From: a virus
DNA: 6,624 nucleotides
Virus record (IMG/VR): IMGVR_UViG_3300008807_000535
Location: 1 to 6,624 of that record
Reading direction: 5' to 3' (one strand)
The translations under genes were made by a program, and so were the position numbers. Positions within the stretch are counted from its first letter, which is position 1; the number at the start of each line of letters is the position of its first letter. The notes beneath the pieces were generated by a model. The model saw nothing but the letters and a program-made list of their open reading frames with translations. It did not search any database and had not been told where the DNA came from. Below are positions 1-5,096 of the stretch, in pieces.

Positions 1-99
1 GCCAGCAAGATTGAAAGCAAGAACTTAGGAGGATTTCCCCGTGGCGCCCGAATACATGGCTGTGGAGGCTTGGATTCTGTTGGGCGCGGTATGCGTCGC
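1..99. repeat. Terminal redundancy copy 1, identical to 6526-6624; marks circular closure of a 6,525-bp genome
   Basis: I compared bases 1-99 with 6526-6624 base by base and found them identical. The reading frame of the rep gene continues across the junction. Confidence 0.95.
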
Positions 100-324
100 T
101 GGGTCAATTGGCCTGCGTATGTGCAGGGCAATGCTGCATGCACAGACCGCTTTAGACCTCAAAAGGGCGGCGGCTTTGTCAATGCTGAAACCGGGGAGTT
201 CCTGCCGTCTGAGTTCGCACCAACGGGCGGCGGTTTTCGCTCTTTTATCCGAGTGCGGCGAACCCCGCGCAAGCTCGACCCGTCCGGGCCGTTCTCGTGG
301 CTCCCAGCGTCAAGCGCTCCCTGA
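1..324 (+). CDS. gII: Rolling-circle replication initiator (gII/RstA-like), C-terminal part. It continues from 5980-6525 on the circle, giving 289 aa in total.
   Basis: Frame 1 is open from base 1 to the TGA at 322-324. It is contiguous on the circle with the ORF carrying the HUH (HYH) and YLMKY motifs at 6355-6525. It reads ASKIESKNLGGFPRGARIHGCGGL... and ends ...SWLPASSAP. Confidence 0.85.
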   Translation, partial: ASKIESKNLGGFPRGARIHGCGGLDSVGRGMRRWVNWPAYVQGNAACTDRFRPQKGGGFVNAETGEFLPSEFAPTGGGFRSFIRVRRTPRKLDPSGPFSWLPASSAP

Positions 325-333
325 GCGTTTGCC

Positions 334-348
334 GGTGTGAATCACACC
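334..348 (+). other. Small hairpin (GGTGTG-aat-CACACC) between rep and the coat gene; possible weak attenuator
   Basis: A 6-bp perfect stem with a 3-nt loop lies 10 nt after the rep stop and is followed by ATTTC. There is no strong T-tract, so terminator function is uncertain. Confidence 0.25.
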
Positions 349-377
349 ATTTCATCAACCATTGAAAGGAAAAAACC

Positions 378-578
378 ATGTTCCAAAACGTCAAGACCCG
401 CATTGCTCTGATCCCCGGCGCCGCCCTGGCTGCTGCTGCACCTGCTTTTGCCGCTGTGCCCACTGAGGTGACCACGGCGCTGGGCGACATGAAAGCTGAC
501 GCGATGACCGTCGCCGGTCTGGTGCTTGTTGCCATCATCGCTGTGGCTGCCTTCAAGTTCATGCGCAAGGGCTTCTAA
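378..578 (+). CDS. gVIII: Major coat protein (pVIII-like), 66-aa precursor
   Basis: The layout is classic for an inovirus coat protein. It has a signal peptide ending AFA|A, an acidic mature N-terminus (E, D, D), a hydrophobic core VAGLVLVAIIAVAAF and a basic C-terminus KFMRKGF. An AAGGA Shine-Dalgarno sits about 8 nt upstream of the ATG, and the gene lies just after rep. Confidence 0.8.
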   Translation: MFQNVKTRIALIPGAALAAAAPAFAAVPTEVTTALGDMKADAMTVAGLVLVAIIAVAAFKFMRKGF

Positions 579-580
579 GC

Positions 581-922
581 ATGTTCCAGGTTGGCTCTGC
601 TTGCTACAGCACGGCGGCGGCGGCCAACGCGGCCACGGCGTCGGCGCAATCCGGCGCCGTTGTCACATCAGGCGGCACGGCGCGAGTCGTGACCGTTACG
701 GCGGTGGATGGTGCATCCATCACCTACACCTACCACGCTTTGGACGGCTCCACCGTCGTTCAGACTGTGCAGCACACCCCGCAGCCCTGCGGCCTGCTCA
801 CTGCATCGGACGCTGTTGATATTGGGTGGCTCATTGGGGGCGCTTGGCTCGCTGTGTACGCCATCATGTTTTTGGCGCGTGCCCTCGCGCATGAGGATCA
901 ATCCCCTTATGGCAACACCTGA
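581..922 (+). CDS. Hypothetical membrane-anchored protein, possibly a minor virion protein (113 aa)
   Basis: The ATG lies 2 nt after the coat-gene stop. Third-position GC is high. An Ala/Thr/Ser-rich N-terminal part is followed by a C-terminal TM segment IGWLIGGAWLAVYAIMFLA. It sits in the structural module between the coat gene and the pIII-like gene. Confidence 0.6.
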   Translation: MFQVGSACYSTAAAANAATASAQSGAVVTSGGTARVVTVTAVDGASITYTYHALDGSTVVQTVQHTPQPCGLLTASDAVDIGWLIGGAWLAVYAIMFLARALAHEDQSPYGNT

Positions 923-980
923 ATTTTTCGCGGTGCTGGTCGGCATCCTGGGTTCAATATGGCTCATCGTCTCGCGCTGA
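909..980 (+). CDS. Candidate tiny hydrophobic ORF (23 aa, MATPEFFAVLVGILGSIWLIVSR), comparable in size and character to pVII/pIX
   Basis: The ATG at 909 opens a frame bridging the end of the 113-aa ORF and the start of the pIII-like gene. The product is almost entirely one TM helix. I saw no Shine-Dalgarno, and it is too short to assess statistically. Confidence 0.2.
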   Translation: MATPEFFAVLVGILGSIWLIVSR

Positions 981-2236
981 TTCTCGGGCTGCTCGTTTTC
1001 GCCCAGCAGGCCCATGCGGGCTATGCTTACCCCGTTGACCCGCCTGGATTCCAGCGTGGCGGGCCTTGGGGTTCCGGCTTCGGCTATGCCCCAGCGGCCA
1101 ACGATCAGACATTCGGGCGCGTCGTTCACACGCCCAACGGCCCCACGGCGCCTGTGCCTGGGAAACCTACAACGCTCCCCGCGTCCTACCGCTTCGCTTC
1201 TAACGCACCGAAGTTCGCGTCGCGCATCATCTTCATGCATCCGGGCGTGCGAACCGCTGCGGGCGTGCTCGCATGGCTCGGCATGGCCGGTGTGATTTGG
1301 GATGCTGTCAATGGGGTGTGGCGCCAGGAAAAAAGCCTGACGGAATCCGGCGAGGGTGGCGAATGGACATTTAGCGACGGCACCGTAACAAGCAACCCAC
1401 AGGGCCATTGCGCAATGTGGGGGGCCAGTTTCACATCAAGCGGCAATCAAGGCTGGTGCATGACGGCTGGCGGCATCGTTGCCTCGGCCCACCGAGACGG
1501 CCCCCAGCAATGCCCCGTAGGCTGGACGTCAACGCCCGCCGGTTGCCTTTCGCCAGCTCTCACGCAGCCACAATTCGAGGACGCACTGAACCCGCATCCA
1601 ATGCCGTCAACGGTGCCCCTTGAGCTGCCCAAACCCTCGCCGCTCCCAATTGAGCCCAATCCCTGGATCAATCCAGAACCCGGCCCCAATCCACAAACCC
1701 GGCCCCGGTTCGTGCCAAACGGCGACCCCGTCAAAAACCCCAATTACGACCCGAACGCGGAGCCTTCGCCGGACAATCAGCCCTACAAGCAGCCGGGGAC
1801 GCGCATCGTGCCGTCGCCCACTGAAAAAGACCCGTTCCGGTTGGACATTCAGCCCGTGGACAAGCCTACGCCTACGCCTGACCCGCAGCCGGATCAGGAC
1901 GAGGGTCCGGGGCAAGATCCCAATGTCAAGCCCCAGGAAAACCCCGGCTTGTGCGATCAGTACCCGGACATTGTTGCGTGCGCCAAACTCGGCGAAGCCC
2001 CCGAAGCAAAACCTCTCGAGAACATCGACAAGACCCTCGAAATCAAAAAAGAGCAGGGTTGGGGGCCAGAGAATGGAACATGCCCCGCACCCAAAACTGC
2101 CACGGTGGCGGGTGTCGCCCTGGAAATGTCATTTCAGCCCTTGTGCGACTTCGCCACAGGCATTCGGCCCGTCATTATTGGGCTTGCCTGGATCAGTGCC
2201 GTGATGGGCTTTCTCGGGCTCTCCCGAAAGGATTGA
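959..2236 (+). CDS. gIII: Adsorption/minor coat protein (pIII-like), 425 aa
   Basis: It has a signal peptide MAHRLALILGLLVFAQQAHA|GY and Cys-containing N-terminal domains. A long Pro/Asn/Asp-rich linker covers roughly 1590-1950. The C-terminal membrane anchor is IRPVIIGLAWISAVMGFLGL followed by SRKD. Its position before the pVI-like and Zot genes is as in Ff (gIII) and CTXphi (orfU). Confidence 0.75.
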   Translation: MAHRLALILGLLVFAQQAHAGYAYPVDPPGFQRGGPWGSGFGYAPAANDQTFGRVVHTPNGPTAPVPGKPTTLPASYRFASNAPKFASRIIFMHPGVRTAAGVLAWLGMAGVIWDAVNGVWRQEKSLTESGEGGEWTFSDGTVTSNPQGHCAMWGASFTSSGNQGWCMTAGGIVASAHRDGPQQCPVGWTSTPAGCLSPALTQPQFEDALNPHPMPSTVPLELPKPSPLPIEPNPWINPEPGPNPQTRPRFVPNGDPVKNPNYDPNAEPSPDNQPYKQPGTRIVPSPTEKDPFRLDIQPVDKPTPTPDPQPDQDEGPGQDPNVKPQENPGLCDQYPDIVACAKLGEAPEAKPLENIDKTLEIKKEQGWGPENGTCPAPKTATVAGVALEMSFQPLCDFATGIRPVIIGLAWISAVMGFLGLSRKD

Positions 2237-2237
2237 T

Positions 2238-2528
2238 ATGGACACCATTGCCAATTGGTTGGCTAGCATCTCCTGGCCTATCGTGTCGCGCGTGCTCGCC
2301 GCTGCCGGGGTGGGCACCGTCACCTACAAAGGCGCGGATGTGGCATTGCAGAGTGCGTACCAGGGCGCCAAAACGGCATTCCTGGGCCTTGCCGGGGAAA
2401 TCCTGCAGCTCCTGGCCATGGCGGGCTTTTTCGATGCGATGGCTATCGCATCGGGCGGCATTATGAGCGGCCTTGCCTGGATGGTGATGAAGCGCTTTGC
2501 GCTCCAAACGACCGGGGCGCCTGCATGA
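2238..2528 (+). CDS. gVI: Small hydrophobic minor coat protein (pVI/Ace-like), 96 aa
   Basis: AAAGGA lies 6 nt upstream of the ATG. The protein has multiple hydrophobic segments. Its size and position between the pIII-like gene and zot match the Ace/pVI slot. Its stop overlaps the zot start (ATGA). Confidence 0.7.
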   Translation: MDTIANWLASISWPIVSRVLAAAGVGTVTYKGADVALQSAYQGAKTAFLGLAGEILQLLAMAGFFDAMAIASGGIMSGLAWMVMKRFALQTTGAPA

Positions 2529-3688
2529 TCACGCTCATCACCGGCGCCCCTGGTGCGGGCAAAACTGCGGCGCTCGTGGACATGCTGTCAACCCTTGGCC
2601 GGGATCGGCCCTTGTTCGTCCACGGCATTCCTGAGCTCAAGGTGCCCCATGTCACCCTTGACCAGCCCGAAACATGGCCCGATGCCGTCCCCGATGGGGC
2701 GGTGGTCGTCATTGACGAAGTTCAAACCGTGTGGCGGCCTGCTGGCCCTGGTCAACGTGTGCCGGATCACATTGCAAAGCTCGAAACCCACAGGCACAGG
2801 GGCCTGGACTTCTACATCATCACCCAGGGCCCAAATCTTGTGCATTCCAACGTGCGCGCCCTGGTGGGTCGTCATGTGCACCTGCGCGATGTGGGGTTCC
2901 TCGGGCGCTGGTGGTACGAGTGGCCGGAGACTGCCGACAACTGCCGGACTGGTTGGAAAACTGCCCCAATCAAAAAGCGTTACAAGCTGCCAAAAAATGT
3001 GTTCGGCACCTACAAAAGCGCATCCGTGCATGTCAAGCCTGTACGGTCGTTCCCCGTCGTGCTTTTGGTGCTGCTCTGTGCCGTTCTCGGTGCTCTGTTT
3101 TTGGCCTGGAAAAGCTACGGCACCTTGGCCGAAAAAATGGCCGGGGGTGTGCCTGCTGTTGTCAACAATTCGGCGCCCGTCATGTCTGGCGTAATTTCGC
3201 CGCCAGCCGTGACACCGGCCCAGGCGCCCACTGTTCAAGGCCCAGCAGATGAGCGCGTCGATTTCATGCCCCGCTTGTCCGATCGCCCTTGGACTGCTCC
3301 GGCCTACGATCAACTGCGTGTTGTTGTTCGCCTGCCGTCCATTGCGGGGGGCATCTGCAAAGGGTCGCAATGTCTGTGTTTCACGGATCACGGCGAGCGC
3401 CTCGATATTGGCTCAAAAGCCTGTGCGCAGTGGATCGCGTCGCGTCCTTTTGACCCTTACAGCGTGCCGGTCAAATCGTCGGCTTCCGCTTCCGCCGATC
3501 GCGCCGAAAAGGCCGCGGATCGTACTGAATCTGGCGAACGTCGAAGCGATCAGCGTCCCTCCGAGACCGTAGAAGTTCCCATGCCTTCCGGCGTCTCGAA
3601 CCCACGCGGCGAGCTAATGCCACGAGTGCCAATCCTGCCAAAATCAGAGCGAGCACAAGCCCTGGCCAATTCTGAAAAAATGTCTTGA
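2525..3688 (+). CDS. gI: Zot-family / pI morphogenesis ATPase, 387 aa
   Basis: The N-terminal Walker A is MITLITGAPGAGKT (GAPGAGKT at 2543-2566) and the Walker B-like motif is VVVIDEVQ (2702-2725). A central TM segment FPVVLLVLLCAVLGALFLAW is followed by a Cys-containing periplasmic domain. The last roughly 75 aa (from about 3461) are a charged, Ser/Arg/Glu-rich tail with falling third-position GC. Confidence 0.9.
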   Translation: MITLITGAPGAGKTAALVDMLSTLGRDRPLFVHGIPELKVPHVTLDQPETWPDAVPDGAVVVIDEVQTVWRPAGPGQRVPDHIAKLETHRHRGLDFYIITQGPNLVHSNVRALVGRHVHLRDVGFLGRWWYEWPETADNCRTGWKTAPIKKRYKLPKNVFGTYKSASVHVKPVRSFPVVLLVLLCAVLGALFLAWKSYGTLAEKMAGGVPAVVNNSAPVMSGVISPPAVTPAQAPTVQGPADERVDFMPRLSDRPWTAPAYDQLRVVVRLPSIAGGICKGSQCLCFTDHGERLDIGSKACAQWIASRPFDPYSVPVKSSASASADRAEKAADRTESGERRSDQRPSETVEVPMPSGVSNPRGELMPRVPILPKSERAQALANSEKMS

Positions 3689-3701
3689 TGTTCTCCAGCA
3701 T
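3471..3701 (-). CDS. Candidate small membrane protein (76 aa), fully antisense to the 3' tail of zot
   Basis: The ATG is at 3701, 9 nt after the orf80 stop on the same strand. The N-terminus MLENIKTFFQNWPGLVLALILAGLALVALARRVGSRRRK is one TM helix with a positive-inside flank. The remainder is Arg-rich and could be an antisense artefact. I saw no clear Shine-Dalgarno. Confidence 0.3.
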   Translation of the reverse strand: MLENIKTFFQNWPGLVLALILAGLALVALARRVGSRRRKAWELLRSRRDADRFDVRQIQYDPRPFRRDRRKRKPTI

Positions 3702-3710
3702 TCGCGCAGT

Positions 3711-3953
3711 TTAGCCCCACAGCAACACACAGGCGTTTTTCACGCGCAGCGCCAGGGCGCGGGCGCGTTTTGCGATCGCAGCAGCCCACGCCGGAACCGC
3801 TGGCCGCATCATCGGCTGCACCTTCCCGGCGTTCATTAGCCATGACCACCACGCGGCGCGTGAGTTGGCTTCATCAATCCCTGAAAAATCAAGCTCAAGC
3901 TGCCGGATCAATCCATCTGCGTGCTTCCGGTAATTCGCTGCGATCGCCATCAT
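3711..3953 (-). CDS. Hypothetical protein (80 aa), accessory/regulatory module, function unknown
   Basis: Third-position GC is roughly 70% in this frame against roughly 50% in the opposing + frame ORF. AAGGGG lies just upstream of the double ATG. It is on the same strand as the repressor. I recognised no motif. Confidence 0.55.
   Translation of the reverse strand: MMAIAANYRKHADGLIRQLELDFSGIDEANSRAAWWSWLMNAGKVQPMMRPAVPAWAAAIAKRARALALRVKNACVLLWG
3743..3771 (+). terminator. Candidate intrinsic terminator of the long + strand operon
   Basis: The sequence is CGCGCagcgccagggcgcggGCGCG followed by TTTT. The outer 5-bp GC stem pairs 3743-3747 with 3763-3767, and an inner GC stem is also possible. 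It lies 55 nt downstream of the zot stop, inside orf80 on the opposite strand. Confidence 0.4.
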
Positions 3954-3994
3954 TGACCCCTTAAATGCTGCCCTCTCGCTCGGGTCTCCTCGCT

Positions 3995-4028
3995 CCCCCG
4001 CCAGCAGGGCGGGGGCGGGGGGGGTGGG
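3995..4028 (+). other. GC hairpin (CCCCCGCC-agcag-GGCGGGGG, 3995-4015) overlapping a four-tract G-quadruplex motif (4007-4028)
   Basis: The 8-bp perfect stem was read directly. GGGcGGGGGcGGGGGGGGtGGG has four G-tracts with 1-nt loops, and it is on the strand that carries the structural genes. Confidence 0.6.
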
Positions 4029-4046
4029 TTACCACGCACAGCATGA

Positions 4047-4162
4047 AAAAAGGGGCCTTTGACCCCTTTTCGCGCCTCCGTTCCGCCCCCCCCAAGTGCC
4101 CCTCGCTCGCCATGGGGTCTTGGGGGGGGTGGAAAGCGAAAAGGGGTCAAAGGGCACTTTTT
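4047..4162 (+). repeat. Long imperfect inverted repeat forming a hairpin of about 116 nt; candidate packaging signal and/or minus-strand origin
   Basis: The arm AAAAAGGGGCCTTTGACCCCTTTTCGC (4047-4073) pairs with GCGAAAAGGGGTCAAAGGGCACTTTTT (4136-4162). The arm TTCCGCCCCCCCCAAG..CCCC (4081-4102) pairs with GGGGTCTTGGGGGGGGTGGAA (4114-4135). The apical loop is 11 nt (4103-4113), with roughly 45 paired positions and a few mismatches or bulges. It lies in noncoding DNA. Confidence 0.65.
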
Positions 4163-4372
4163 GGGACTAGCACGCGCCCGTAAATGGCGTGCCACAAAGC
4201 GCAGCGACTGGCGCGACATTTTCAGCGTGCGGGTTCGTGGCGCAGACTCCGCGCTCCCGGTATTGGGGGAGGCCAACAGGCCGGGGGCAGCGCCCCGCGT
4301 TAGGGATCGTTAGTTGCCCCTGGCAATTGAGACGGGCGGGCGGCACGGTGGCTGCACATAGCGAATGATCGG

Positions 4373-4580
4373 CCCCGCAGAACAAGTGCGAATCCCCGCA
4401 GGACAAGTGCCGCGCCCCGAGGCCGACTGCGCGGCCCCGAGGGCCAGCCAAAGCGATGCAAGCGAAGCGCAGCGCGGCGGCTGGGCCGACTGCCGCGCCC
4501 CGAGGCCGACTGCGCGGCCCCGCAGGACAAGTGAGGCGCCCCGCAGGACAAGTGCCGAACCCCGAGCGATAGCGCGGGCG
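4373..4580. repeat. Array of about ten phased 21-bp (20-21 bp) iteron-like direct repeats, each beginning CCCCG
   Basis: Units start at 4373, 4394, 4415, 4435, 4498, 4518, 4539 and 4560, and a 63-bp degenerate centre equals three further units. The A type CCCCGCAG(G/A)ACAAGTG occurs four times. The B type CCCCGAGGCCGACTGCGCGG occurs twice exactly, plus variants. There is a 32-bp perfect direct repeat at 4408-4439 and 4491-4522. Confidence 0.85.
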
Positions 4581-4583
4581 CTG

Positions 4584-4599
4584 GGCTGGCTGGCTGGCT
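4584..4599. repeat. (GGCT)x4 tetranucleotide microrepeat abutting the repressor stop codon
   Basis: GGCTGGCTGGCTGGCT was read directly. Its last base overlaps the complement of the repressor TGA stop (4599-4601). Confidence 0.8.
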
Positions 4600-5048
4600 C
4601 AACCGTAGGCCAGAGCCCGGTTCGTGCGTAGCACGAAAACGCCCAATCGGCTCTTGATCTGGCGCAGCATCCAATAGATACGATGTATAGAAAGGTTAAC
4701 CGGCGTGTCACTTTTCGCTATCGTTTCCATAGTGGAAATCGAGTCGTCTTTGTAGGAAATAACCAACATCGCCGCCACGCCAGCGGCTAGCGCCTTTCCC
4801 AAAATGTTACGCAGGGTCGATTCCCTGCGCGTCCCCCTGGCGCCCTCGATGATCGCCGCAATGGCGGCCTCCCTAGCATCGTCCCCGGCAATGTCTGCCA
4901 GCTCTGCCGCTGTGGCAGGTGATATGGCCCGTTTCCCGCTTCGCATAAGCGATATGTTCGGGCGCGCAATACCCATTCGGTCGGCTAGCTGCTGGTCACC
5001 CCCGCACACTTCCGCCGCCTTGTCAATAAGCATTTGTACGTATTGCAT
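4599..5048 (-). CDS. XRE/Cro-CI-type helix-turn-helix transcriptional repressor (149 aa)
   Basis: The N-terminal segment QQLADRMGIARPNISLMRSGKRAIS is a typical HTH_XRE signature. The gene diverges from the gV operon across palindromic operators. A GGAG Shine-Dalgarno lies 6 nt upstream of the ATG. The C-terminal half contains a hydrophobic stretch ALAAGVAAMLVISY and is encoded by visibly less GC-rich DNA. Confidence 0.8.
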   Translation of the reverse strand: MQYVQMLIDKAAEVCGGDQQLADRMGIARPNISLMRSGKRAISPATAAELADIAGDDAREAAIAAIIEGARGTRRESTLRNILGKALAAGVAAMLVISYKDDSISTMETIAKSDTPVNLSIHRIYWMLRQIKSRLGVFVLRTNRALAYG

Positions 5049-5064
5049 GTATCACTCCTGATAC
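5049..5064. promoter_or_regulatory. Operator O1: palindrome GTATCA-ctcc-TGATAC
   Basis: It has perfect 6-bp inverted arms with a 4-bp spacer and directly abuts the repressor ATG. On the minus strand the spacer reads GGAG, which is the repressor Shine-Dalgarno. Confidence 0.65.
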
Positions 5065-5080
5065 TTGAGACTCTGCACCC

Positions 5081-5096
5081 GTATCACCTTTGATAC
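5081..5096. promoter_or_regulatory. Operator O2: palindrome GTATCA-cctt-TGATAC
   Basis: Its arms are identical to those of O1, 32 bp centre to centre (about three helical turns). It ends 17 nt upstream of the gV ATG. A -35-like TTGAGA (5065-5070) lies between O1 and O2. A -35-like TTGACG for the minus strand is the complement of 5097-5102. The -10 elements are not clear. Confidence 0.65.

Noticed and set aside
1-99. Terminal repeats as biological LTR/ITR or att duplications
   Set aside because: They are direct, exact and interrupt a single continuous rep reading frame. This is the signature of a linearised circular sequence with overlap, not of element termini.
70-324. Internal in-frame start (TTG at 70 or ATG at 91) producing a gX-like C-terminal Rep fragment
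   Set aside because: There is no ribosome-binding site in front of either codon. The track ORF is just the tail of the wrapped rep gene, and no sequence evidence supports a separate product.
668-1408. 246-aa minus-strand ORF antisense to the 113-aa gene and the pIII-like gene
   Set aside because: The Arg/Gly/His-rich junk-like sequence is typical of antisense frames in GC-rich DNA. It fully overlaps well-supported + strand genes and has no start context.
2588-3391. 267-aa minus-strand ORF antisense to zot
   Set aside because: It is wholly contained in the Zot gene, whose Walker motifs fix the true frame. Its composition is off-frame-like, and it has no Shine-Dalgarno and no motifs.
3951-4192. 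dif-like XerCD attP near TTAAAT (3961-3966) or GTAAAT (4180-4185)
   Set aside because: Only the last 6 nt resemble the XerD-arm end of known dif sites. The remaining positions do not match the conserved arms or central-region layout, so no call is made.
4373-4580. Tandem repeat block as a CRISPR array
   Set aside because: The units abut one another with no unique spacers, are only about 21 bp long and come in two diverged types. No cas genes or leader are present. Iteron or binding-site arrays fit better.
4621-4637. Hairpin TTCGTGC-gta-GCACGAA as the terminator of the repressor gene
   Set aside because: It lies inside the repressor coding sequence, upstream of its stop, and has no T-tract on either strand in the appropriate position.
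3950-4711. Multiple overlapping ORFs on both strands (3950-4276, 3965-4183, 4059-4313, 4167-4451, 4300-4674, 4310-4711, 4365-4631)
   Set aside because: Their translations are low-complexity Pro/Gly/Arg/Ala repeats that simply mirror the DNA repeats and G/C runs (for example HLSCGAPHLSCGA). The region is better explained as structured non-coding DNA.
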